Assembly (NCBI GenBank): GCA_048128005.1
Contig: JBEUKZ010000123.1
Location: 310,001-374,000 of the forward strand
DNA length: 64,000 nt
Direction of reading: 5' to 3'
From: Veleropilina oligotropha
Lineage: Eukaryota
The position numbers and the translations under genes were made by a program. Below, in pieces: positions 35,583 to 48,790 of the stretch (its first letter is position 1; each line of letters opens with the position of its first letter). Below the pieces are notes generated by a model. The model searched no databases. It worked only from the letters and a program-made list of their open reading frames with translations, and was not told where the DNA came from.

Positions 35583-37185
35583 TATACCTGTATATTAGCG
35601 ACCTTGTAAATTAGCGATTTTTAATCCATATATGTTAATTGAGCTTATTGCATGAAATATTTCGCGGCCTTTCATTTTCGCGATAATATTAGATACGCGA
35701 AACTTGCAAAAATAAAAGGCACGCTAAAATATAGGGTTTTCCAGTATTGCATACATATTCTTTGGTGATGCTTATATTGATACCACCTTTTACTCTAGCA
35801 ATGATATTTTAATTTTTTTTTGTATTAGTACATTGAACAAACTTGATGTGTTGGGACATAGAAATTTTGGTTCAAGTTTATATCAGAGAGATTGCGTTTT
35901 TGTTCCCCGCCCGAAGGGTAGCGGGGGATATTTTGGTGGCCATGTCCGTCCCTATGTCCGGCTGGGCATTCGTCCGTACGTCCTTAAACTATTTGGTTAA
36001 AGTTTCGAATTGAGTGTGTGTAGCTTGCCCATGATACTTTTTGGCATATATATGCTTTTGTATGCATTACATGGATGACACCTGGTACTCTGGAAGTGAG
36101 ATTGAATAAAATTTAATATAATTATTGCATAAATGTAGGTGTTTTTGAACATAGAAATTTTGGTTAAAGTTTCTGGTTAAAGTTTTCATTGAGTGTATAT
36201 TGGTTACTGAAACAACATATTGGTGTATATATGCTTTGGTATTGATAATATGAATGTCAACTGATATTGTGGATGTGATGCTGAATTAAATTTAACATAA
36301 TTATTGCATAAAAATAGGTGTTTGTGCAAGTGATTTATAATATAAATAACATATGAAATTATTGTTTGTGGACATATACAATTTTGTTCAAGTTGAGTGA
36401 TTTTCCATTCTATTCCATTATTGCATACATATTCTTTGGTGATGCTTATATTAATACCACCTTTTACTCTAGCAATGATATTGAATATTATTTTGAAGAA
36501 ATATTGTTGGGAAAGAAATTTTGGTTAAAGTTTATATCAGAGTGATTGCGGAAGGCGGGGGATGAATCCGTTTTCTAACGAGCTCTTGTAAATACAAGTA
36601 ATTATCGTCGATGATTTCCGTCAAAAAATAGTTTCCGAAATTTACCAATTTGGTTAATACAGTTAAACGCATAATCCGGATAATCTCATAAATAATCACG
36701 ACAATCTCACTATGCAAATAAGCGGAATCCACTGTATAATGATGTTATAAAAGTAATGGAATGTGGTACACGAGAAACCTTGAGTGAGCTCTGAGTTATT
36801 GCGTAGAATTTATCACCAGAATGAAGTATTAATGATTAATTCACCGTAAAATCTTGGCTTTCGAGAGGTTTCCGATGAGCAAGAATATACATCCTATTTA
36901 TTATGCAAATAATTATAATGCAATTTAGGTTCTAAATAAGTTATTTCAAGAAATACAGTAATAGCGAATGATTGTGGCCTGATGTTGTGCATAAGATTTG
37001 ACGGCCATTTTGAATTTATAAGCAGGAGATATTTTCTGAATTCTGCGGAGTGTGAAGCAGAATAGTTAAAAAATATTAAATCCATATATCCTAGCACTGC
37101 CTACATTTATTTCTTTCACTGCTCTTAGTCGATTGAGACTTGATGTTCGAACTTTCTGACATCACATTTTGATTTCTTTCCGCAG

Positions 37186-37263
37186 GCCAGTGGGTATGCA
37201 GCCAATGCCAGCTGGAGGATAGTTACGAGGAAATGGCGTCGTTTACTGAAGCACAGAGTGCAG
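37186..37263 (+). CDS. SAMD1: SAMD1-like exon 5 (PHD2 end)
   Basis: ttccgcag|GQWVCSQCQLEDSYEE..|gttagt; phase 1/1. Confidence 0.88.
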
Positions 37264-38238
37264 GTTAGTTCGGCAGATGATCTTGATGTTTGATGTAGTC
37301 TAGACATTGCAAAACGAATGATTTGATTTGAATTTCTCGTCACGATGTCATATCGTTGGAGAGATCCATATTTCAATTGCAGTTAATTAAAGTTGATGCA
37401 TCGTTAGTATCAAATGTGAGCTTTAAAATTACCAAATTTGTTAAATAGAAGATATTTGATCATTGATGTCAGTTATGTATATATATATCAATGTGAATAT
37501 GCGGCATCTGTCCTAGATAGCTCAATTGGTAGAGTATAGGAAAAACATTAAGTTGGACGGAAGGATTGACGCTCCTATGTGGCTTATTCTAACGCTATTA
37601 ATAGAAGGAATGACTTATAAAGCTGTCACCTTCCATAGGAGACGCTAATCAGAGATATGACTAACAAATTTAAAAAATGTAGTCGTTACTTCAGATTCAC
37701 CTCACATCATTCTGTCGTATGTGGATTGTTCTCATCTGATGTATTTAGTTCATTTAGTCATCTAGTCTTTCAAAGTTAAGGTGTTCCATTCTATTCTGTT
37801 TTAAGATCTTTCGAGACATATCGTTGCTCAAGGAATAGTCAATACATATTGTGCACAAATGTGTTATAAGCCATGCAGTAACTGGCCACAACTATGAACA
37901 AGGCGATCCGATATTGTAAACATTCGAACCGCGGTCATAAAACTTGCTTTCTGATATTGTGATATGATTGGAAAACCAGAAATACTTACGATTAACGTTT
38001 TTTCAATTTGATCAGAAAAAACGGAAATGACGTCATAAAATCCGGTTTCTGATCCGGATTGAGATTAATTTTTAATATATGTAGGATTAAAGACCTGCGT
38101 TATCAGCCTTGTGGTAAAATTTGATCAGCTGAGAAAAAGTCACAAACAGGCATACAAACCAATTCAATTGCAGTGCATTTTTACATGCCATTTTCCATTA
38201 CGTTACATTTCAATGTCTTCCTTTCTTTCAACATTTAG

Positions 38239-38308
38239 ATGGCGCCGGCACCTCGTGTTTACCCACTCCTTCAGCTTCACCAGAACACAGCCAAGACGAC
38301 ACGAACAG
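38239..38308 (+). CDS. SAMD1: SAMD1-like exon 6 (linker; GC donor)
   Basis: catttag|DGAGTSCLPTPSASPEHSQDDTN AG|gcaagt. This phase 1/2 exon bridges exons 5 and 7. Confidence 0.7.
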
Positions 38309-38429
38309 GCAAGTCATTATAAATGACACGAGAGCACTTGCTTGGTTTATCATGATTTTTGTCGTTGTCAGCCTCATTTAACATTCTAAAAATGCTGCCC
38401 TGTTTTGTTTGCATTTTTATGCATTAGAT

Positions 38430-38843
38430 TTACCCTTGTCCGTCCGTCCCGTCCCCAAAACCAGGATTGCGTGCAAGTAACTCCATTCTGCTATAACTTC
38501 CATCTGCCTTCATGGATTGACTTGATGCTTCGTACACTTTCTTATCATCATTCATACTTCCCCTCTGCGACCCACCCATGTTGCCCTTATGCCCAAGGTC
38601 AAATGATTTAGCTTTTCAGACCAGTATTGGCATGCAAGTAATTCCATTCTGCTATAATTTCCATCTGCCTTCATGGATTGACTTGATACTTCATACACTT
38701 TCTTATCACCATTTGTACTTCACTTCTGCGACTCGCCCATGCCATTATTTCTGTAAATAACTCCACAAAAAGCTCATTGCTGCCCCTATGGTCAAGGTAG
38801 CCAGTGGGGGCATTCGTGTCCGATGGACACATTTTTAGTTTGT
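38430..38843 (+). mobile_element. HINE-like fragment with a ~160-bp tandem duplication
   Basis: gtccgtccgtcccgtc; two copies of gcaagtaa..ccattctgctataa..; 3' gggggcatt plus stem-loop tgtcc..ggaca and tttttagttt. Confidence 0.55.
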
Positions 38844-39233
38844 TTTCCAAGACCATATATATAAAAATATATTGAATTTTGTTTCATTATATTATTAGTA
38901 AATACTATTAGGTATTTTTTGCAATCCTTATATTGTCATGCGATTATTCAAAGAAAAATAAATACCTGCCAGACATTAAACATGTATTTTATTGTATACA
39001 TAATGGCACGATACCAATCAGGGAATTCTTTGAAATTAATCAGTCATGCAATTCGAACAAGATTGATGTTTGCAGTCATGGTTCAACTGTATAAGCACTG
39101 GGTGGATGAAAACGTATGTTATGGTTTGTATGTAATTCACCTTACATGGATGTCAGTTGAGCTTGGTTTAATAATGCTATTATTTGATATCCAATAAATT
39201 ATGCATTATTCTGAGTTACATGTATACCTGCAG

Positions 39234-39396
39234 GCCAAGTCCTCCAGAGAAAAAGAAAGCTAAGCATGGCATTCCTATGAAGCCAAAGAAAGATGAGAAG
39301 AAATACCCAGACGCATCTAATTGGTCGATCGATGATGTCATCAAGTTCTTCGATGACACTGGATTTTCGGAACAGTCCCACGTATTTAGGGAACAG
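39234..39396 (+). CDS. SAMD1: SAMD1-like exon 7 (SAM N-part)
   Basis: ctgcag|..DASNWSIDDVIKFFDDTGFSEQSHVFREQ|gtaacg. Confidence 0.9.
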
Positions 39397-40125
39397 GTAA
39401 CGACGTAAATATTGTGTCTAAAAATCGCTATCAACTGTTTGCCTGCCAGTATTTCAAAATACATACAAAATATTATTACCATGAGCATGATATCTGAACA
39501 GTAGGGCCAGTTGCTCAATTTTTCCAGGTATTTGCCCAAACAATGGGATTAACTCTGTTCGAGCTTAGCAGTTGGCCTTCACAAAGGATTTGACAAGGTG
39601 CCAGACACCTTTCAATGGAAGAGTCCACCATTTCATATCACCCCATGGATGCGATATCATGGGCAATTCCATGTTTTAAGGGGTTACAGCTTGCAATTTA
39701 CAATAGATTTTCATGGCATATATGACAGTTAATACACTAACACCCTGGGCGATATCCACATAACGCCTATCGTTCAAAGCTTTAAGGATGATATCGCTTT
39801 GGTGGCAGTGTATTTTCTATTACATAATGCTTTTACTGTGTAAGTGCTATGATCTATGATGAGACGTTAAGCCGGTCACCCAAACTACAGATATGACTGA
39901 AAAATTGTTAAAATCTGGTGGCAAAAAATACATCAGATTATGTGGAAAATAGCAGATAACTAACAACTCTTTTCTGGGATTTTGCCAAAATCTAATGTTT
40001 GTCTGAATGAATCGTGACGCCATTTGCAAACAACCCAATGGACACCGAGAGTATTACAGTAGAGCCAGATTTGTAATTGCTGGCATTGCATGTATTAACA
40101 CTGTTAGATTTATGTTTCATTTTAG

Positions 40126-40251
40126 GAAATTGATGGCAAATCCCTGTTACTAATGAAGCGAAGCGACGTGCTGACTGGCCTCTCTCTGAAGCTGGGTCCG
40201 GCGCTGAAGATCTACACACACGTCCAGAAGCTGCAGATTTCAGGGCCATAA
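40126..40251 (+). CDS. SAMD1: SAMD1-like exon 8 (SAM C-part, stop)
   Basis: ttttag|[36 protein letters not shown] is a SAMD1/SAMD13/Polycomb-type SAM. Confidence 0.92.
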   Translation, partial: EIDGKSLLLMKRSDVLTGLSLKLGPALKIYTHVQKLQISGP

Positions 40252-43200
40252 TGGTCAATGATTAAACCTGGACTGATTTTTCAGGCTTTACAAGCAATCG
40301 GCCGAAAAAATTGGAAGTGTGGTTTTTCTTTTGGCCATTGTTAAGAGTTCTCTGGCCGATTATCAAAATCGTCAATCTTTTCAAAAGAAATATCACGAGG
40401 ACAAAATGGCCGAAAATAGACCTGATATGTAATATCAGTAGATTTTTTCCACCGGCTGATAAATTTTAAAATGTCGTCCGGTGGTTGCCGCCCTCTATTA
40501 TCGGCCAGATAATGAAATCATCCGGTGACAAAAATCGGTAGATGAGTGCCCGTCTTTGGGTGATTAGGTTGTTTTGTGTTGCATATTGAAGAGTTTATTG
40601 TTGATGTTACGAAGCAGAGAATGAGATGTTTTTTATCTCATTATTGAATTAAGATGTTTATTTGATATCGTTCCCTAAAACATTCAACAGACGCAAGAAA
40701 GTCACCAATATTTAAACTAAGATGGACCTCGCTGTAATAAGGAGGAAAGAATAAATGACGTATGTCAGAGCAATATTTTCTATCAATTGCAAGAACAATT
40801 TTATGTTTATTATATTGAATGATATCAGTTATGAATGAACTTATTTTGTTTTATGCAATTCTGTAAATATGTACATGTATATATTTGGACCGTCAATGGA
40901 TTATTTTATGAAAATTTGAGTTAACTCGTTACGTACCAATCCCGTCTTTTGACGTTGTAGTTATGTGCCTCCGTATCTCAATCACGTCAAAAGACGTTGT
41001 AATTTGACCCTCGTCTGTCCCCAAGCCCGTGTTTCGACAGGCTGACGTCGCGTGTTACAAATGCGCTGATTTGCGACTCTATAGCTCACCATTCTGCTAG
41101 TGTTATCAGTTGACCAATAAAACGATGTCTTGTTTGTCAAGTTATTATGTTTTCATTGGCTAGTATAATAATAGATTGATCTAGAAGAATCTCGAAAAAC
41201 CTGCGAAACGGGGTCAAATGAACAACTGACCGACCCGTGACATCACTACCAGCTTTGTTTGCAATGGCAGGTAGCTAGCATGCAGTCGACTCGTCAACAG
41301 CCCTGATGTACATTTGCCAGACTGAAACAGCTAGATGTGACAGTGTAATATTATATCTAGAATATGTTGAATCAAGATGAATACAATCGGATATTAATTA
41401 GTCTGGTGATGTGTTTATACAATACCGTATTACGCACGACAATTTGTGTAGTCGCGAATTGTGGCGAATAAAGAGGCTGTAAAATTGCCACAGGAAAGTT
41501 AGCTGTCATTATCTCGTGAAAAATCCGTTTTGTTGAATAAAATGAATGATGGATTATTTTGAAAGAAATCTGGAGCCATTATCATAAATAAAAATGAAAT
41601 TAATGTATCAGTATTCATTTTAGTTTCTGTGTAAGGTTGGGTAAATTCCCAAATTTATCCGTATTACTTTCGCTTTTGGCCTACGTCAATTGGCGATGCA
41701 TATTTTATATAGCAATGGGATATCGTTTTTTCAGTTTCATGCATTCAAAGTTTTACAATTTTTACTGAAATATTGTGCTAATACATGTAATACAAAAATA
41801 ATTTTCCTAGCATGCGGTTTAAGGTTTTTGCACACAGAAATTGTCTTGTCATGCCGCGATTCTGGATTCATGGTGTTTGATCGCAAAATGGAATGTTCAG
41901 TTATTGCGGATTCGAAGACATCGATATTACATCGTATTGATTATTATTTATATTAAATATATCATAATAACTAATAATATGTCTATTTAAACATTACTTC
42001 AGTCCGAAACAACAATTTTCAAGCGTACAGCGCCAGGAATCATTGGGTTCAAATCGGGATTTCCCTTATTCGTGCGATATCAAAGAAAGCCATTTTGTCT
42101 GTGCACATCGAGTCAAGTTTTATGGGTCACGCTGATCTGCATAAAGATGCTTGCTTTATATTTGACAATAGAGGTTCTTTCATATTTTTGAACAAGTGAT
42201 AATTTTAAATGCTATTTCGGTAATTATGTCAACAATATAATAGTTATCCCGAAGAAACAACGTGCGTTTATAAATCGGGAATTCGCCGTCGCCAAATTCA
42301 AAATGGACAAGTTTTCTAATTTGGATTAAACAGACTGATAGGTATTTTCACGTTTATTTTACTAATATTTAGTATATATAACTAATGTTGTACGATATTG
42401 AAATTTGTAGTGATTTGAACTGATATGAAAATCCAATTTAGATTAACGCATTTTTAAAAAATAAATTTAATTATGTACCATGTGTAACTTTTGCGATATT
42501 TTACAATGGTAAACACGGCCGATGGCAACTAGTCAATGACTATTTTTATGCCCCCTAAACGAAGTTTTTCGCTACTTGCGGGTATTGCAACTTTAACTTC
42601 CCAATCTAATTTTTGTGCCCTATGACTGATGGCAATGTGTTCTTTACTGTGTGTGAATTTTGTCGTACAATTTATTGCATGAGTAATATTCATTTAATTG
42701 CGAGTGGTTGTATGTTTTCTCGGAAAGGTTTCCATGCCATTTAAATGTGAATGGTTGTACGTTATCTACAACATATGCAAGTTATCTACAAGAGCGGTTT
42801 CCAAGCCATTCACGATATGATATGGAAATAAGAAACATCGATATGTCTGCATTGTACAGATGCTCCTGAACATCACTTGCAATGAATTTGTGATATTTGT
42901 ATACATGTTGCATATAAATAATGTTTAGTCTATTTCATGGCATATGAGGTCGTATGAACAATATGCATGTTTTAGCATTGCTGTATGTTAGATATATCAC
43001 TATTTCATTGTTATCGGACCCTCCCTTAGTAAATATTAAAGGAAATTTAATTCAAATTTAAAATTGATAGTGTGTCATGGGTTGTCTTCATTTCTCACCA
43101 TGTGCTGTGGGATCGTTTAGTGTCAGATAAGACTATTTCAATATCATCTAACCTACAGAAATAATATTTAGAGCTATTAACATGAAATTTTGCGTGAAAA

Positions 43201-44361
43201 TGATATTTTTGAATTTAGAAAATATTGTCAACCATGGGCATTATTTGCTTGGATGCTTGATACGACTACTAGTATTTCATGCTGCAGCCTGGAAGCGGAC
43301 ACAGTAATCTTGAAACGTAAATGATTGATACTTTGCTTCACACATGCAAGCCATTTTGAGCTTTTGCTCTTGTCTGACCCATCCACACACGAATCAGACT
43401 CTACGCTGCTTGACTTTGGGAATCAACGAGAATTGTTGCTAGGGGAAAGGATGGCATTTTTGTATTGTTTTGTTGTTCTTTTTCACAATGCAGTTACTGT
43501 TATGAATCCGTTTTTTCCCCACCTGTTAGACAGGGTTATAGTCCTGGACTGGAATCCGTCGTCAACGTGCGCTTTCTGTCACATACAAGACACCCCGCTG
43601 AACCTACAGCTTTCCTATTTGGTATACACCTTGTATACCATTATAACTTGTCTAAGTTCAAAGATGGGGCCAAGGTCATTTTCGTGTATTTCCATTGTGT
43701 CATTTGGAAGGTTGCTTTCTGTCACTTAGAAGATGAATCACTGATCATACACCTTTTATATTTGGTATACCACGGGGTCAAGGTCATATTCGCATATTTC
43801 CGTTCTGTCACTTGGAAGGTTGCTTCCTGTCACTAGAAGACGAACTGATGAACCTACAACTTTTATATTTGGTATGCATCTTGTATATCATCAGGCCTTG
43901 TCAAAATTCAAAGATAGGTTCACTGGGTCTAAGGACAAGGTCATTCTTGCATATTTCCATTCAACCGAATGGACCTACGTCTTTCATATTTTGTATACCA
44001 TGATGCCCAAGTCCAAAGATTGGGATAGTGTATCCAAGGTCAAGGTCGTCATATTCATGTATTTCCATTTTACCACTTCATTGGTTTGTGCAATATCTCA
44101 CAATGAAGAAGAAGGCAGTTAAGTCCTATATATTTATTATAACACTATGAGCAAAAAACATATATACAATAAAATAATATTTCTTTGGAGTATTTGGGGA
44201 CAGCTCGGCATACAATAAAACTAAAACAATTTTACCATTTAAAATAATAATCATTAAGCCACCTCACTAATGAGGCATCGTAAGTTGCCAACGGTATCGT
44301 GAGATACCGACACTGGTCAAAGGCTTAATGAAAAAGGCTTAATGAAAAACAATCGATAATT

Positions 44362-47300
44362 GGCTGATTTCACGGGAAAGGTGATTTTCCCATTTGGGTG
44401 CCTTAATGAGACTTCTGGGGGAACCTGGGCAATTATTGGTATAAAAACTACTTCCTGGGTCATAACCATTGCACGAGGAACCTTAAAACACTTTTTGAAT
44501 CATGCATTTAACCCAATTTTTCACAAAATAGCTAATTTTAACCAGTTTTTCACAATATTCTGAGTCCCAATCGTAAAATGTGTTGCACATGTACACCACC
44601 ATGATCAAATGATGACTCATCCTGATTGAATCATTTCATGCATCTCATAATAATGAGAAAAGCCTATTTAATGGTGAAAACCGTTTGTTTCTATCGACGA
44701 TATGAACGCTACAATCGTTGATTTAGTAAATAATGTGAATGTATGTTAAAGAAATTTTGGAAATGTCTTTTCCTGAACATTGGTGTATGGAACAAATACA
44801 ATAGCTATAATAACATATGTGAATGTAGATTTTAATACCTTGGGATATGTCTCAGCCAACCAAACCAAACAGTTTTGTACTAGTTCAGCATTAACACGGA
44901 ATCAGCAGCATCAAGTTTGATACAAAAAATGTATGTTAAAAAATGTCTTTTCCTGAACATTTACAAAAACATTCATAGATGTTAAATAAACAGGTTTCTG
45001 ATTTTCAAAATATGCACATGACTTGTAGATCCAGTCCATGCCAAACACTTAGTGAGTTCATATTTTAATTATTTCATTTACATATATAGTAACCACCATT
45101 TAATACAATTACCAAAGGTTTAACAAAATGTCTTTTCCTGAACAATTGTGTAACATACACTATTACCTGTTACAAATTTGATGTCCACTCTATAAACTAA
45201 CCCATATGCTACTGGTAGTGATCATGTGTGATGCAAGGAGTGTTTCAGAACACACATGGACAATATTATTAATGACTAGCATGCTCAACAGGTAATATAT
45301 ATAGTTGGTCAATAACACAATTTTACCAACACTAGTGTTTTACGCATCAAAAATATAGAATTGGCATGGCATGGTGGGCTATATTAAATAACAAAGATAG
45401 TTCCTCAAAGAAAATACTTGGATGTATACTTACCTATAGCTATGTGTAATGGCAAGCAATGATGAATATTGTGTTAATATTTGATCAGGAAAAGACATTT
45501 TGTTTAACAATCTACAACAGCTAAGGTAGTTATAGTTATTCGCTGCATGCTTTTCATTGTATTGTTGGGAAATTGCTGTCCAATCAATCTATAGATCTAT
45601 ACTCTACCTTCCTTCTTCTATTTGCAGATCTTAGATGTATGTGCTTGGGTGTATGGTTAATCAGGGATGGGCCTGGGTTCTGAAAAAAATTCGCCACCAC
45701 TTTCGCCACTTTCAATATTCTTTCGCCACTTTTGAATTTTAGGAGCCACAGTATTAGCCGATTGATTGAGCAAATTTATAATATACAATAAAGTGAAAAT
45801 AAATATTTATTTTATTTTTTATTACATCATATTTTGCATCTATACTTTAATGAGTGTATATTTTATTGTTTTATATTGTTTTACATTTAATCTGCTTGGA
45901 TTAAAGTCAACATCCAGATGAATTAAATAATCGAGTCTCAGTGCATTTAAACACAAGCATTCGCCACCGGCCGCTAACCCTGTATAGTATGAAAAAAATC
46001 GATATCTCCTTTACTATATAATACTAGTATAGTCTGATTTTTTTCAGTCTATACATGTTTAGCGGCCAGTGGCGAATGCCTGTGATTTAAAGAAGCAAAT
46101 ATAAATGTGATTTTGGTGAAGTTCCCATATTGAAGTCATTGCCTAAGTATGATCTTATTTACTGTTATCCCCTTAAAAAAACATGTAGTCCTTTAACAAA
46201 TAATATAATTATTATTCAAACATCACCCGTTTCGTTATGAAGTAATTACATTGAATTTATCCTGTCAATTAATCCTAATAAATGCGTGAATCAGTCATCA
46301 ATACTTGCCGACAACAGACGCAATTACCGCACCGAACTTCCATTGTTTTGTCGCGACAATGTCATATTCATTGTCGGTGATAATTTCAATTCAATTTATG
46401 TTTCAATTCAACGTAAACATTACCATGCACTGATTAAGCCTCTTAATTGACATGCATCATTAATTACTTGCTAACTAAAATTCATTCAGAAGTAGTCTGT
46501 ATCAGTTTATTCAAAGGACTTGTACAAATTTTAGGCAAACATGATTGACAAACTACGTCAAATGACCCGATAATGGTAGCCATGAACCGAAGGTGTTTAT
46601 ACAGTAAATCACGGACTGATGCTTTTACATTTATTTAAAGAAAGACTAAATTATTCAGGCTTGGATATATTTAAAGAATCGAATGGACGTGTGTATTATA
46701 AACACAATGTAACTATTGATTAGCAGAAAATAACTTTCAATGTATCGGTAACTATCGGTTTGAGACGCAAAGAAATTGATAGGAAAATGGCGGCTTGTCA
46801 AAAGTGGCGAATAGAAACCACGTTTCGGCATTACACTCGTACGCAATACCTAATAATAATGTGATATTACTTGTGCAGAATAAAATTAAACGTGGTATTA
46901 AATTAGTTAATATCAAATATACGTTTTCAACGTTATCACCGGAAAGATAAAATTACGAACGGTGGGTATATTGTTTTAAATCGGCAGTTCACCGTCGCAT
47001 ATAGCCCGATAAATCTGCCCCTAATTACAAGCTCGAAATCCTGACGGTCGCGTGTATAGGGTCAGATGTCGCCGCTATTAAAAAAGCGTGGGTCTGTAAC
47101 CCAAATCTAGCGACAGCGATATCGACACCTTAAACGTGCCATACGGCGCATCTTTCGATACCCACATATCAATAAACCATTTCACACTCACCTGACTTTA
47201 TTGTTGATAATTATAGGATTTAAATCCTAGTGATATAAGTCACATTATAAGCTTATATTGTTACTCGAACCGTGTTAATTCGAATTCATTACCAAATCGA

Positions 47301-48436
47301 AAACATTCGCATCAACCAATCAAAGCGGGTTAACCAACCGGAAACCCGCTTTGATTGGTTGATGCGAATGTTTGATCAATATTTATGTCAGAAACTGCTG
47401 CTTGAGATATGGTATATATCATATAACCCAGTACAAGTGTTTATTACAATGCTCAGTGTTATGCATACTGTGTTGAAACCATGTACAGAATGTTAAAGAA
47501 AATGTCTTTTCCTGAACATATTTAATGTCTATAGCATTATTTAAAATGTCAGGCAATGAGTTGTAGTTTTGTGACTAGTTAAGCTTATATTTGATTGGAA
47601 TAACTCCAGTCACTGTGGAGCTGCTCGAATCAGGAATAAATAGTGTAAATGTGTGTGATAGGTGAAAACTATTGAGAACTGTGACAACTGATATTTCAAT
47701 ATTTTGAATCAAGATCACATGATCAATGATATTATCAAAGTTTGATAAATATGTTAATCAGGGATGTTCTACTGGGTGACCTTGTATCCAACAAGTGTTC
47801 ATTTTAATAATAAATGTTATTGTTACAGTATTTTAAACCATGTACATAACGTTAAAGAAAATGTCTTTTCCTGAACGTAATATGTCTCTGTGGCATTGCA
47901 CACTATTTTGACCATACGAGTGAAATATATGAGGAAAGGTGTGTCTCTGATGGTTTATGTTTGATTGTCATTGCATTATGTGTCACATAAGCAGCTTTAC
48001 CAAAGAATAATGGTGTTATATTTAAGATATATTTGGAATCGAACTATAATTAAGACCTACAGTTTGAATAAAAAATGATTATGTTGTCCGAGTTAGGGCA
48101 ATATTCTTGATATAGTTGTTGTTTTCTGTTGTACTTGTCATCACACTAACTAAATAGATGGTCAATGTAATTATAATTTATTTGATATTGAGATAAATGA
48201 AGCTATAATGAATGTTAAGCAAATTGTCTTTTCCTGAACTGGTCCAAATTCAAAATTAGACATCCTCACTTTGTCGTGGGCACAGACCACTTTAAAAACA
48301 AGATTAAGCCCCGATTTTTTTTGGAGTTATGCGTGAAGACCTGTTGTTTTACATATCACCAAAACTGTTTCAATCTGACAAACTTGAATTTTCATCCCTG
48401 TGAGACATATTTATCACCTTTCCCGTGAAATCAGCC
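44362..48436. mobile_element. Non-autonomous DNA transposon with perfect 24-bp TIR and AATT flanks (Sola1-like)
   Basis: AATT|GGCTGATTTCACGGGAAAGGTGAT...ATCACCTTTCCCGTGAAATCAGCC|AATT; no ORF. It splits a tandem-repeat array. Confidence 0.75.
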
Positions 48437-48448
48437 AATTATAAAAAC

Positions 48449-48790
48449 CAGTGAGGCATCGTAAGTTGCCTTGGTATCGTAAGTTACCAGACACTAGTTA
48501 AAAGCGCAGCGAAGCGGAAAATTTAACATTATTAGACCACATCATCAGTGAGGCATCGTAAGTTGCCAGCGGTATCGTAAGATACTGACACTGGTCAATG
48601 GCCTAATGAAAGAATGATAATTATAATTACCAGTGAGGCATCGTAAGTTGCCTTGGTATCGTGAGTTACCAGACACTTATAATTATAATATCCAGTGAGG
48701 CATCGTAATTTGCCAAGGTATCGTAAGTTACCAGACGCTGGTTAAATGCGCATCAAAGCGGAGTAAGTGAGGCATCGAGATTTACCAGCA
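48449..48790 (+). repeat. Minisatellite of ~50-bp core CAGTGAGGCATCGTAAGTTGCC..GTATCGTAAGTTACCAGACACT
   Basis: About 5 copies here, plus one at ~44270-44320 on the other side of the Sola-like insertion. Confidence 0.85.

Larger units (their letters stand above)
33448..35744. mobile_element. TA-flanked MITE hosting the Crypton
   Basis: TA|CTGTAAACCCCTATGTTTTAGCG...CGCTAAAATATAGGGTTTTCCAG|TA. The empty site ccattattgc is seen in HINE copy 3. Confidence 0.8.
32808..36588 (+). mobile_element. HINE family B copies 2 (32808-~35895, interrupted) and 3 (~35897-36588), head-to-tail
   Basis: Same 5' and internal sequence as copy 1; the 3' stem-loop is at ~36563-36585. Confidence 0.75.
31205..36734. 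mobile_element. Tigger/pogo-like MITE (TA TSD) expanded by nested insertions
   Basis: TA|CAGTGGATCCCACTAAATTGCATA ... TATGCAAATAAGCGGAATCCACTG|TA imperfect TIRs. Confidence 0.7.

Noticed and set aside
18005..37263. KAT6A/B (MOZ/MORF) orthologue
   Set aside because: No MYST acetyltransferase exons were found; the frame runs into a SAM domain and stops at 40251.
44761..48240. Dispersed 18-bp motif as a CRISPR-like array
   Set aside because: Spacing is long and irregular and one copy is inverted.
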